A DNA stretch of 64,000 bases. Origin: Acidobacteriota bacterium (lineage in GTDB: Bacteria; Acidobacteriota; Vicinamibacteria; Vicinamibacterales; Fen-181). The translations under genes and the position numbers were made by a program. The DNA is taken from assembly GCA_003170135.1 (NCBI GenBank), contig PMZR01000084.1, positions 36,674 to 100,673 of the forward strand, given 5' to 3'. Under the pieces are notes generated by a model that was not told the DNA's origin, searched no databases, and worked only from the letters and a program-made list of their open reading frames with translations. Of the stretch, positions 1-8,644 are shown one piece after another; within the stretch, counting starts at the first letter, position 1; each line of letters opens with the position of its first letter.

Positions 1-2
1 AG

Positions 3-248
3 AACAACCAGGAAGCCCTGGACGAGGCGACAGTGTGGCTGCACGGCACGCGCGTCGTCCGCGACGACCGGCTGGCGCCAAACGAGCGGCGCGTGGAACG
101 GTTCTCGTTCCAGACGCCCGCGAACGCACCTGCGCGCGCGGTCGCCAAGTTCTACTACCGTTACTCGCCCGAGGCGCCCGGCAAGACCGAATCGGGCATG
201 CCGTTCCTGTCCGTGAGCTCGTGGCTCGACGCCGGGGCGGTGAAGTGA
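3..248 (+). CDS. 3' end of an unidentified protein-coding gene (5' end upstream of window)
   Basis: Frame is open from nt 3 to TGA 246-248. The listed ORF 33..248 starts at an internal GTG. No recognisable motif in the visible codons. Confidence 0.4.
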   Translation, partial: NNQEALDEATVWLHGTRVVRDDRLAPNERRVERFSFQTPANAPARAVAKFYYRYSPEAPGKTESGMPFLSVSSWLDAGAVK

Positions 249-261
249 CGGCGATGGGAAA

Positions 262-303
262 AGTCCGGAGTCCGGAGTCCGGGGTCCGGAGTTCGGAGTC
301 CGG
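262..303. repeat. Tandem heptanucleotide array, AGTCCGG x6 (minor variants)
   Basis: Direct reading: agtccgg agtccgg agtccgg ggtccgg agttcgg agtccgg. Begins 14 nt after the stop codon. Confidence 0.95.
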
Positions 304-372
304 AGGCAGACCGTTCACGGTTAGCGGGTTGACCGGTGACACTTCATCGCTGACCGCCTCTCGATAGCTGGT

Positions 373-396
373 GGAACAGGACTTCAGTCCTGCTCT
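373..396. repeat. REP-like hairpin (10-bp GC-rich stem, TTCA loop)
   Basis: ggaacaggac-ttca-gtcctgctcc (1 mismatch). Same core CAGGAC-TTCA-GTCCTG recurs at 8414-8433 and 50078-50099. Confidence 0.85.
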
Positions 397-663
397 CCGT
401 CTGCCCTCCATCATCGCGATCCGTATCACGCGACGCGCAGGCCGCTGTCATTCAGCCATCGAGCGTCAGGAGCACGGCCCATATGAACGGCAGGACCGCC
501 GCGATCTGTCTCGTCGTCGTGTGCGCGATTCTCGCGGGGCTGCTCCTCGAGAGTGCGATCTCACCAGTGGTAGCGGGGGGCGGGTTCGCGCTGGCCCTGG
601 CGGTTCTGGGCATCGTATCGGGCGGATTCAGGAAAGCGTGACGATTCGGCGCGATCTCGTACG

Positions 664-712
664 GCACTTCGCACTCGGCACTTCGCACCCCGCACCTCGC
701 ACTCCGCACTTC
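664..712. repeat. Tandem heptanucleotide array, GCACYYC x7 (complement of the GTGCGGG family)
   Basis: gcacttc gcactcg gcacttc gcacccc gcacctc gcactcc gcacttc. Ends 12 nt before the stop of the minus-strand chrA-like gene. Confidence 0.95.
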
Positions 713-723
713 TCCCGCAAGTA

Positions 724-1275
724 TCAGTAGACCGCCAGCCCCAGGATCGCGGCTCCCAGGATGATGAACACGGGATTGACCGACGTGAAGGTCAGCAACG
801 CGAACGTCGCGGCGGCGATGACGATGCCGTCGACGCCGCGTGAGAGGGCCGCGGCCCACCCGAGTTTGCGCGCGGCGAAGACCGAGTTCGCCATGTCGTA
901 GGCCGTCCAGAGCAGCAGGCCGATGACCACCGGGCGTACCGCCTTCAGCATGGCCTGCATCGGCCGGCTGTCCTTCACCGCGAAGAACGCCACGACCAGC
1001 ACGAGCATCAGCACGGTCGTCGGCAGCACGGTGCCGGCCGCCGCCGCGATGGCGCCCGGCACTCCCGCCAGCTTGTACCCGACGTAGGCGGACACCTGCG
1101 GAGCGATGGGGCCGGGCAGGGCGTTGCCCAGCGCCACCGCGTCCGCGAATTCGGCCGACGTCACCCAGCCCGCGCCCGTCGTCTCGCGCTGCATGAGGGC
1201 GAGCGAGGCGGGACCGCCGCCCCAGGAAAAGATGGCCACGCGCGTGAACAGGACGAAGATGTGCCAGAGCAGCAT
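724..1275 (-). CDS. Chromate transporter (ChrA) family membrane protein, half-size form
   Basis: 183 aa, hydrophobic. N-terminal FSWGGGPASLALMQRE and LGNALPGPIA resemble the CHR family signature. Confidence 0.7.
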   Translation of the reverse strand: MLLWHIFVLFTRVAIFSWGGGPASLALMQRETTGAGWVTSAEFADAVALGNALPGPIAPQVSAYVGYKLAGVPGAIAAAAGTVLPTTVLMLVLVVAFFAVKDSRPMQAMLKAVRPVVIGLLLWTAYDMANSVFAARKLGWAAALSRGVDGIVIAAATFALLTFTSVNPVFIILGAAILGLAVY

Positions 1276-1358
1276 TGCCGGCCATGCTACTCACGGCAGT
1301 CACGACGCGCAATCGGAATTGATTCTGAGGTATCCTGCTTCGCCCTCGGGAGTCCGGA

Positions 1359-2423
1359 ATGCCGTTCGTAGCGTGGCTCGTGGCGGGTTGCTGCCTGGTC
1401 GGACCCGCGGCATTTTCTCCAACCGGCATGGTCAATCGCCCGGTGCTCGCCGCCGCACAGGCGTCGCCCGGCGCGACGGCGCAAGGCTCGGAATCCGAGG
1501 CCGCGCCGCTCAAGATCGGTCCTGTCACGCTGTCTGGCTACCTCCAGTTCGACGGCCTCTTCCCGATCGGAGACCACAACGATGCGGCCACCGGAACCTT
1601 CCGGGTGAGGCGTGCGCGCGCCATCGTCTCCGGCAATTTCACGCCGACCATCGGTTGGTACATGAGCGGCGATCTCGCCGGGTCGCCCAGCCTGCGTGAC
1701 GTCTACCTGACCTTCAAGCAGTTGCGGTTCGCGAACGTCCGCGCGGGCCAGTTCGTGACACCGTTCAGCCTGGAACGCATCACGTCGAGCGTGCAGATCG
1801 AGGCCATCGACCGCTCGATCGACCGCTTCACACCGTCTCGCGACATGGGCGTGATGGTGTTCAGCAGCATTCCATTCTGGCGCGGCGTGTCGTACTCGGC
1901 CGCGATTGTGAACGGCACCGGCCAGAATGCCTACGACAACAACGATACGAAGGACTACGTGGGGCGGCTGGTCTGGAGCGTCGCGCGGGTGAGCGGGTTG
2001 TCGGTCGGAGCCAACGCGGCGTCGGGGAGGCAGCCGTCGGGGATGCGCCGGCGATGGGGTGCCGACGTCAACTTCAATCGCGGCGCCTGGCACGTGGCGA
2101 GCGAGTACCTGCACCAGGCCCAGGACGACTGGGGCGCGATGGCGGCTCATGGTTATTACCTGATCGCCTCGCGCAAGTTCCGTCCGGCGGTCGCCGGGCC
2201 CGATTTCTACATGGCCGAGGCCGTCGTGCGGCTGGTGGACATTCGCGATCCGGCCGAGATCACCGGCGGTGTGCCTGGCATCGAACGCCGAGAGCTGCAG
2301 GCGGGCGGCAACTACTACTTCACCCGAAACGTGCGCGTCATGGCGTCGGCGTTCGTTCCCATCAATCGTGTTGTCGGCGCGCCGCGGACCACGATCGTGA
2401 CACGACTACAGTTCGCATTCTGA
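1359..2423 (+). CDS. Outer-membrane porin, phosphate-selective porin O/P-like
   Basis: 354 aa with signal-like N-terminus. FRVRRARAIVSGNF and RAGQFVTPFSLE motifs. Beta-barrel-type C-terminus ...RLQFAF. Confidence 0.6.
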   Translation: MPFVAWLVAGCCLVGPAAFSPTGMVNRPVLAAAQASPGATAQGSESEAAPLKIGPVTLSGYLQFDGLFPIGDHNDAATGTFRVRRARAIVSGNFTPTIGWYMSGDLAGSPSLRDVYLTFKQLRFANVRAGQFVTPFSLERITSSVQIEAIDRSIDRFTPSRDMGVMVFSSIPFWRGVSYSAAIVNGTGQNAYDNNDTKDYVGRLVWSVARVSGLSVGANAASGRQPSGMRRRWGADVNFNRGAWHVASEYLHQAQDDWGAMAAHGYYLIASRKFRPAVAGPDFYMAEAVVRLVDIRDPAEITGGVPGIERRELQAGGNYYFTRNVRVMASAFVPINRVVGAPRTTIVTRLQFAF

Positions 2424-2609
2424 CCCGCATCGCAGGCCTCACGCGCTGCACCGGCGTCCCGAGGCGGAACGCGCTTGGTCTGTCCGGGATTGCAGCTTCC
2501 GTTGACGATTAGCCGCAGATTTCCACAGATTCCCGCGGATTCGGACACCAGGACTTCGACACGGGGCTGGCCGCATCTCGCGTGAATCTGCGGATGATTG
2601 ACCGTCAGA

Positions 2610-3362
2610 TCAGACGCTGGCGCCCAGGGCCTGCAGTCGTTCACGCAGCGCGACGACCTCGCCGATGACCAGGGTGGCCGGCGGCTGGATGCCCGCCGCG
2701 CGGACCTCGTCCGCGATCGTGCGCAGCGTGCCCGTCACGACGCGGTGTTCCGGCCAGAAGGCCATCTGGATCATCGCGGCGGGGGTGTCGGGGCTGCGTC
2801 CCCACTCGATCAGGCGGCTCGCAATGTTGGCCACGTTGTGCACCGCCATCAGGAACACCAGCGTCTCGAGCCGGGCCAGCGCGCCCCAGTCGATCCGGCT
2901 CTTGCCGTCGCACTCGTGGCCCGTCACGATCGTCACCGATGACGCGTTCGCGCGGTGGGTCACGGCGATGCCGGCCGAAAGCGGCGCGGCGAGCGACGAC
3001 GACACGCCCGGCACCACCTCGAAGGGGACGTGACACTCGGCCAGGTACTCCGCCTCTTCCCCGCCGCGCCCGAACACGAACGGATCGCCGCCCTTCAACC
3101 GGACGACCATCTTGCCGGCGCGTGCCTCGCGCACGAGCAGTTCGTTGATCTCGGCCTGCCGCGACTCGTGCCGGCCGACCGGCTTGCCCATGTCGATGCG
3201 CTCGGCCGACGGGCGGGCCAGGGCCAGGGCCGCCTCCTGGATCAGGCGATCGTGGACAATCACGTCGGCGGCCTTGACGAGTTCGGCCGCCCTGATGGTG
3301 AGCAGATCCGGACTGCCCGGCCCCGCGCCGACCAGGTACACCTTTCCCACAGACATTGGCAT
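2610..3362 (-). CDS. cobA: Uroporphyrinogen-III C-methyltransferase (SUMT; sirohaem branch)
   Basis: 250 aa. VYLVGAGPGSPDLLT and RLKGGDPFVFGRGGEE motifs. Divergent from dsrA. Confidence 0.85.
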   Translation of the reverse strand: MPMSVGKVYLVGAGPGSPDLLTIRAAELVKAADVIVHDRLIQEAALALARPSAERIDMGKPVGRHESRQAEINELLVREARAGKMVVRLKGGDPFVFGRGGEEAEYLAECHVPFEVVPGVSSSLAAPLSAGIAVTHRANASSVTIVTGHECDGKSRIDWGALARLETLVFLMAVHNVANIASRLIEWGRSPDTPAAMIQMAFWPEHRVVTGTLRTIADEVRAAGIQPPATLVIGEVVALRERLQALGASV

Positions 3363-3558
3363 CTACCCTGAAATTTGAGGGACCGGAGGCTCCGACGCCG
3401 CGGCCGGTGCGTGCCGGGCTGTCGGGGATTATTGCTCGAAACCCGCTTCTCCAGTACCATGCTCGCGCTCGCCTGCCCGCAATTCCCCCGCGTTGCTCAA
3501 CGGCTGAGCTAGAACGAGCAGCAATGCTCCCGACCCGTTTGCCTGTGGAGAAACCCCG

Positions 3559-4734
3559 ATGGCGGATGACAGCACCAAGACAAAGCTGCTCGACGATCTC
3601 GAACATGGGCCTTGGCCGAGTTTCGTCACTGAGATGAAGAAGGCCAGCGCCGCCAGCCCGGCGGTCAACGACCTGCTCGGGCAGCTGGAGCTGTCCTACG
3701 AGGAACGCAAGGGCCATTGGAAACACGGCGGCATCGTCGGCGTGCGGGGATACGGCGGCGGCGTCATCGGGCGCTACAGCGACGTGCCCGAGCAGTTTCC
3801 CAAGGTCGCGCACTTTCACACGATGCGCGTGAACCAGCCCGCGGGGTGGTTCTACACGAGCGACGCGCTGCGCACGCTTGCCGACATCTGGGAGCGTCAC
3901 GGCTCATCGCTGACCAACATGCACGGATCGACGGGCGACATCATCCTGCTCGGCACGCACAGTGAGCAACTCGAACCCACGTTCAAGGAACTGACCGAGG
4001 CCGGCTTCGACCTGGGCGGATCCGGCTCCGCCATGCGCACGCCGTCGGCCTGCGTCGGCCCGGCCCGCTGCGAGTGGGCCTGCTACGACACGCTCGCGGT
4101 CTGCTACAACCTGACGCTCGCCTACCAGGACGAGCTGCACCGCCCGGCGTTTCCCTACAAATTCAAGATCAAGTGCTCCGGCTGCCCGAACGACTGCGTC
4201 GCGTCGATTGCCCGGGCCGACCTGTCGATCATCGGCACCTGGAAAGACGACATCCGGCAGGACGACCAGGCGGTGGCCGACTACGCGCAGGGCGGCCTGA
4301 ACATCCAGAAGGAAGTCTGCGACCACTGCCCGACCAAGGCGATGGAGTGGGCGGGCGGCCGCCTGACGATCGCGAACCGCGAATGCGTGCGCTGCATGCA
4401 CTGCATCAACGTGATGCCGAAGTCGCTGCGGCCCGGCACCGAGACGGGCGCGACGATCCTCATCGGCGCCAAGGCGCCGATCGTCCAGGGCGCGCTGTTG
4501 TCGTCGGTGCTCGTGCCCTTCGTGCCGGCCGCGGAGCTCGAGGAGACGCTCAAGGAGCTGATTACCCGGCTGTGGGAATTCTGGGACGAGTCGGGCCGTC
4601 CGCGGGAACGGATCGGCGAGCTGATCCAGCGCGTCGGCCTGGCGACCTTCCTCGACGCGATCGGCCTCGACCCCGTGCCCGAGATGGTGTCGGCGCCCCG
4701 AGACAACCCGTACGTGTTCTTCAAGAACGAGTAG
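3559..4734 (+). CDS. dsrA: Dissimilatory sulfite reductase alpha subunit
   Basis: 391 aa. [10 protein letters not shown] and [11 protein letters not shown]-terminal motifs. Cys clusters [11 protein letters not shown] and CSGCPNDC. Ferredoxin-like CVRCMHC. dsrB follows after 12 nt. Confidence 0.93.
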   Translation: MADDSTKTKLLDDLEHGPWPSFVTEMKKASAASPAVNDLLGQLELSYEERKGHWKHGGIVGVRGYGGGVIGRYSDVPEQFPKVAHFHTMRVNQPAGWFYTSDALRTLADIWERHGSSLTNMHGSTGDIILLGTHSEQLEPTFKELTEAGFDLGGSGSAMRTPSACVGPARCEWACYDTLAVCYNLTLAYQDELHRPAFPYKFKIKCSGCPNDCVASIARADLSIIGTWKDDIRQDDQAVADYAQGGLNIQKEVCDHCPTKAMEWAGGRLTIANRECVRCMHCINVMPKSLRPGTETGATILIGAKAPIVQGALLSSVLVPFVPAAELEETLKELITRLWEFWDESGRPRERIGELIQRVGLATFLDAIGLDPVPEMVSAPRDNPYVFFKNE

Positions 4735-4746
4735 AGGCGGCTCCAC

Positions 4747-5829
4747 ATGGCAGATCAACCGGTCAAGCGGATCACCGACATCGGTCCTCCGCACTATCAG
4801 AAGTTCCTGCCGCCGTCCGTGAAACGCAACTACGGGCAGTGGAAGTCGCACGAGAAGGTGGCGCCGGGCGTGCTGGTGCACGAGTCCGAATCGGGCGAGC
4901 GGCTCTACACCGTGCGCGCCGGGTCGCCCCGGCTGCTGGCCGTGCAGACGCTGCGGGCGTTCGCGGATCTCGCCGACAAGTACTGCGGCGGCTACCTGCG
5001 GTTCACGAGCCGGAACAACGTCGAATTCCTGCTCGAAGATCCGGCGAACATCGCGCCGCTGAAGGCGGACCTGGCGCAGATGGGGTTCCCCGTCGGCGGC
5101 ACCAACAACGCGATCAGCAACATCGTCCACACGCAGGGATGGATCCACTGCCACTCGGCGGCGACCGACGCGTCGGGCATCGTGAAAGGGCTGATGGATG
5201 CCCTCTACGAGCGCTTCACGCACGAAGATCTGCCCGCCAAGCTGCGGGTGGCGGTCGCCTGCTGCGTGAACATGTGCGGCGCGGTCCACTGCTCGGACAT
5301 CGCGATTCTCGGCATCCACACGCGGCCGCCCACCGTGAAGCACGACACGCTGGCCCGGACGTGCGAGCTGCCCACCGTCATCGCCTCGTGCCCGACCGGC
5401 GCGATTCGATCGGCCAGCGTCGAGGGCAAGCCGTCGGTGTCGGTCGTCGACGAGCAGTGCATGTACTGCGGCAACTGCTACACCGTGTGCCCGTCGATGC
5501 CGATGAACGACCCCGACCACGATGGCTGCTCGATCTGGGTGGGCGGCAAGGTGAGCAACGCGCGCAGCGCGCCGGCGTTCTCGAAGCTGGCGATCCCGTT
5601 TCTGGCGAACACGCCGCCGCGGTGGCCGGAGGTGGTGGACGCCGTCGTGAACATTGTGAACGTGTACGCGGCCAACGCGCGCCGGCACGAGCGCGTCGGT
5701 GAATGGATCGCGCGCATCGGGTGGCCGCGCTTCTTCGAGGTGACGGGCATCCCGTTCACGCGCCATCACATCGACGATTTCAAGCACGCGGGCCTGACCT
5801 ACGCGCGGTCTACGCACATCAGGTTCTGA
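4747..5829 (+). CDS. dsrB: Dissimilatory sulfite reductase beta subunit
   Basis: 360 aa. [32 protein letters not shown] and [12 protein letters not shown] motifs. Position directly after dsrA. Confidence 0.93.
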   Translation: MADQPVKRITDIGPPHYQKFLPPSVKRNYGQWKSHEKVAPGVLVHESESGERLYTVRAGSPRLLAVQTLRAFADLADKYCGGYLRFTSRNNVEFLLEDPANIAPLKADLAQMGFPVGGTNNAISNIVHTQGWIHCHSAATDASGIVKGLMDALYERFTHEDLPAKLRVAVACCVNMCGAVHCSDIAILGIHTRPPTVKHDTLARTCELPTVIASCPTGAIRSASVEGKPSVSVVDEQCMYCGNCYTVCPSMPMNDPDHDGCSIWVGGKVSNARSAPAFSKLAIPFLANTPPRWPEVVDAVVNIVNVYAANARRHERVGEWIARIGWPRFFEVTGIPFTRHHIDDFKHAGLTYARSTHIRF

Positions 5830-5875
5830 CGAAGGCACTATCCCGGGCTTCCTACCGGGACGCGGGGAGACGGAG

Positions 5876-6127
5876 ATGGCCATATCGACCGACGAAATCG
5901 CCGAAGCGATGTACCAGATGGTCGCCGAGTACCAGGGCAAGAAGAACCTGAAGCCGGCGGACCTGATCAAGGCGATGATCGCGCGCCACGGCGAAGCGAA
6001 CTGCAGCAAGACCGAGTGCAAGCAGGCGCTGCGCCTGCTCATCGACTCCGAGCGCTGCGTCTACAGTTACTTCGGCGAAAGTTACATCACGCTGCCGCAC
6101 AAGGAAGGCGCGGCGCCCGAGGAATGA
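5876..6127 (+). CDS. dsrD: DsrD-like small winged-helix protein
   Basis: 83 aa. Location directly after dsrB. KKNLKPADLIKAM...LIDSERCVYSYFGESYITL resembles the DsrD layout. Confidence 0.7.
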   Translation: MAISTDEIAEAMYQMVAEYQGKKNLKPADLIKAMIARHGEANCSKTECKQALRLLIDSERCVYSYFGESYITLPHKEGAAPEE

Positions 6128-6138
6128 GGCGCCAACAA

Positions 6139-6276
6139 GTGCGGGTGCGGGGTGCGGCGTGCGACGTGCGTAGTGCGCGGTGCGAAGTGCCGGGGGCCGG
6201 GTGCCGACCGCGCGCAAAACGCAGGACGTAGCACCTCGCACGTCGCACGTCGCACATCGCACATCGCATATCGCAG
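6139..6276. repeat. Inverted pair of heptanucleotide arrays (GTGCGNN x10, 19-nt spacer, NNTCGCA x7)
   Basis: gtgcggg gtgcggg gtgcggc gtgcgac gtgcgta gtgcgcg gtgcgaa gtgccgg ... then cctcgca cgtcgca cgtcgca catcgca catcgca tatcgca. The arms are reverse-complementary. Confidence 0.9.
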
Positions 6277-6282
6277 ATTCCC

Positions 6283-7566
6283 ATGGGTCTCTTCAAGGAC
6301 GTCAAAAAGCCGGTCATCCGGCAGTCGCCACGCGCCAACGCGGACATCAGCCCGCTGCGGCCGGCGTTCGTCGCGAGGCAGCCGCCCTGCAGCACACAGT
6401 GCGCGGCGGGTGCCGACGTGCGGGGCTGGCTGACCGTCATCGCGCAGGCGGAGGCCGGCGGGCGCTCGCCCCAGGAGGCGTACGAGGCGGCCTGGCGCAT
6501 CCTGGCCGATGCGAATCCCTTCCCGGCGACGCTCGGCCGCATCTGCCCCCACGCGTGCGAGCAGGGATGCCACCGGAACGGCAAGGACGGCGCGGTCGCG
6601 ATCAACGCCCTCGAACGATGGCTCGGCGACGTCGCGCTCGCGCGCGGGTTCGCGCTGCCCGACCGCGCGCCAACCGCCCACGCAGGCCAGATCGCCGTGG
6701 TCGGCTCGGGGCCGGCCGGCCTGTCCTGCGCCTACCAGCTGGCGCGGCGGGGCCACTGCGTGGATGTGTTCGAGGCGCGCGACGTGCCGGGCGGCCGCCT
6801 TCGCGACGCCACGCGCACCGGCCGCCTTGCCGATGGCATCGTCGATGCGGAAATACGACGCCTGCTGCAGTTCGCCATCGTGCTGCGATGCAGCAGCCCG
6901 GTGGCCGGCGATGGCGGTGGCCTCGAGGCGGACCACGACTTCGTTTTCGTCGCGACAGGCCGCGCGTCGCGGCTCGAAACCTCCGGCGCCGAATGCGGCT
7001 TTGTCATGACACAGCCGCGCGCGTTCGCCGGCGGCGACGCCGTTCGCCCGGGCCTCGTCTCCGCGGCGCTGTCGAGCGGACGACGGGCGGCGGAAGCCAT
7101 CGACGCGGCGATCAACGGAAGAAAGCTCGAAGACCGGCAGCCGCTGCCGCCCATCGGCGCCGACCGCGTGAAGTTCGCCTGGTACGCGGACGCCCCGCGC
7201 CGCGACTGGCCAATGACCACGGGCGCGGATCTGCTGCCGCGCGAATCGGCCGACTCCGGGACGGCCGGCCTTCAGGCCGGTGACGACCCGGACCGGTGCG
7301 GGCCGGAGCCCGGAGCCTGGAGCCGGGAGCCTGAGATCGCCGCCGAGGCAAAGCGCTGCCTGTCGTGCGGCCTGTGCATGGACTGTGAACGGTGCTGGAT
7401 GTATTGCACCAACAACTGCTTCGAGAAGCTCCCGAAACGCGCAGGCGCCGAGCAACACGCGGGCCCCGAGCGGAAGCTCGCTTCCTACAGCGTGAAACTG
7501 GAACTGTGCAACGGCTGTCGGAAGTGCGCGGACGAATGTCCGTGCGGATATATAGAGATGGTGTAG
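6283..7566 (+). CDS. dsrL: DsrL-like / GltD-family flavoprotein with C-terminal 2x[4Fe-4S] ferredoxin domain; apparently lacks the NAD(P)H-binding domain
   Basis: 427 aa. GltD-like N-terminal Cys region (CSTQC, RICPHACEQGC). FAD fold IAVVGSGPAGLSCAYQLARRG. AFAGGD motif. C-terminal CLSCGLCMDCERC and CNGCRKCADECP. No second GxGxxG/A Rossmann segment seen. Confidence 0.6.
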   Translation: MGLFKDVKKPVIRQSPRANADISPLRPAFVARQPPCSTQCAAGADVRGWLTVIAQAEAGGRSPQEAYEAAWRILADANPFPATLGRICPHACEQGCHRNGKDGAVAINALERWLGDVALARGFALPDRAPTAHAGQIAVVGSGPAGLSCAYQLARRGHCVDVFEARDVPGGRLRDATRTGRLADGIVDAEIRRLLQFAIVLRCSSPVAGDGGGLEADHDFVFVATGRASRLETSGAECGFVMTQPRAFAGGDAVRPGLVSAALSSGRRAAEAIDAAINGRKLEDRQPLPPIGADRVKFAWYADAPRRDWPMTTGADLLPRESADSGTAGLQAGDDPDRCGPEPGAWSREPEIAAEAKRCLSCGLCMDCERCWMYCTNNCFEKLPKRAGAEQHAGPERKLASYSVKLELCNGCRKCADECPCGYIEMV

Positions 7567-7567
7567 T

Positions 7568-7595
7568 CAGTGGATAGTGGGCAGTGGATAGTGTG
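7568..7595. repeat. Tandem heptanucleotide array, YAGTGGR x4
   Basis: cagtgga tagtggg cagtgga tagtgtg, starting 2 nt after the dsrL-like stop. Confidence 0.9.
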
Positions 7596-7612
7596 AGTAA
7601 GGAGAACGCTAC

Positions 7613-7930
7613 GTGGCAACGATTGAACTGAACGGCAAGTCGTACAACGTGGATGAGGACGGGTTTCTCGAGGACCCGGCGATCTGGAGCGACATGGTAG
7701 CGCGTGATTTCGCGGCGTGCGAGGGCATCAGCGAGCTCACCGAGGATCACTGGAAGGTCATCAACTACGTCCGCCACTACTACGTGGAATTCGGCATCGC
7801 ACCGATGGTCCGCAAGCTGTGCAAGGAAACCGGCTTCAAGCTGAACCAGATTTACGAGATGTTCCCGTCGGGTCCGGCGAAAGGCGCGTGCAAGCTGGCG
7901 GGCCTGCCCAAACCGACCGGGTGCGTCTGA
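7613..7930 (+). CDS. dsrC: DsrC (sulfur-carrier substrate of DsrAB/DsrK)
   Basis: 105 aa, GTG start with AAGGAG 8 nt upstream. VDEDGFLEDP motif. C-terminal arm GACKLAGLPKPTGCV carries both conserved Cys. Confidence 0.92.
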   Translation: MATIELNGKSYNVDEDGFLEDPAIWSDMVARDFAACEGISELTEDHWKVINYVRHYYVEFGIAPMVRKLCKETGFKLNQIYEMFPSGPAKGACKLAGLPKPTGCV

Positions 7931-7953
7931 CGAAGATACAGTCCCGGAGCACC

Positions 7954-8595
7954 ATGTCCGCCCATTGCCTTCACGAGATGCTCGCATCGCAGCGCGCGGC
8001 GCTCGTCGAGGAGTGGTTCGGGGCGACGTTGGCGTCCTATCCCGCCCACATGGCGCAGTTCCTCCGCCGCGAGGCGGACCGGTTCCGCAATCCGGCCGGT
8101 CACGCGCTGCGCGACAATCTGGGCATCGTCTTCGATGCGGTGATCCTGTCCGACGACTGGGATCGCGCGGCACGAGCGCTGGGCGACCTGCTGCAGCTGC
8201 GGGCCGTGCAGGATTTCACGCCATCGGAGGCGGTTGGCTTCATCGCGCCGCTCAGGGACATTCTGGGCCGGGCGATAACAGGATTGAAGTCCGGTTCGAC
8301 GGACCCGGCGATAACAGGACTAAAGTCCTGTTCCACAGGGCGGGAGTCCTGTTCCACGGCGCGCACGGCCCAGGGGTCTGTGGCGGCCGGTCCCTGGGTC
8401 CCTGGACCTGTGGCACAGGACTTCAGTCCTGTGCTCGCCGACGATCTCCGGGCACAGATCGACGCCCACGTCGATCGGCTGATCACACTCGCTTCCGAGA
8501 TGCACGCGAACTGTCGCCTGCGGATGGACGAGATCCGCGCCCGCGAAGCGACGCGGCGCACCTGGGTGATCGACCGCGTTCACCGGCGGGTCTGA
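7954..8595 (+). CDS. dsrT: DsrT (RsbRD N-terminal domain protein) carrying an in-frame block of repeat elements
   Basis: ATG 7954 within ORF 7717..8595. FRNPAGHALRDNL and RAVQDFTPSEAVGF motifs of the RsbRD_N/DsrT family. Position before dsrM. Nt 8275-8434 are repeat elements. Confidence 0.7.
   Translation: MSAHCLHEMLASQRAALVEEWFGATLASYPAHMAQFLRREADRFRNPAGHALRDNLGIVFDAVILSDDWDRAARALGDLLQLRAVQDFTPSEAVGFIAPLRDILGRAITGLKSGSTDPAITGLKSCSTGRESCSTARTAQGSVAAGPWVPGPVAQDFSPVLADDLRAQIDAHVDRLITLASEMHANCRLRMDEIRAREATRRTWVIDRVHRRV
8275..8434. repeat. Cluster of REP-like hairpins plus GGTCCCT heptamers, lying inside the dsrT reading frame
   Basis: aacaggat-tgaa-gtccggtt, aacaggac-taaa-gtcctgtt, gggagtcctgttcc, ggtccct-g-ggtccct, cacaggac-ttca-gtcctgtg (8414-8433). 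Confidence 0.85.
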
Positions 8596-8644
8596 AGACC
8601 CGCCCTACAGCAGAAGCGCGGGCCGTCAGGCCGGCGTCCACGAC

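Noticed and set aside
3904-6042. 712-aa ORF on the minus strand antisense to dsrA/dsrB. The same pattern occurs at 47288..50356 (1022 aa, antisense to mvhG/mvhA), 52076..54346 (756 aa, antisense to hdrA), 9555..11213, 37268..38812, 54784..56823 and 452..1528.
   Set aside because: Typical high-GC shadow ORFs. They are Arg/Ala/Gly/Pro/His-rich and low in complexity, with no recognisable motifs. Each lies opposite a gene with unmistakable family signatures.
6180-7283. 367-aa alternative-frame ORF overlapping the dsrL-like gene. Similar frame-shifted plus-strand ORFs overlap dsrB (4074..5702), dsrK (9761..11386 portion) and hdrA (52444..54435).
   Set aside because: Extremely Arg/Pro/Gly/Ala-rich translations without motifs. 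The co-located frames encode proteins with clear Fe-S or FAD signatures.
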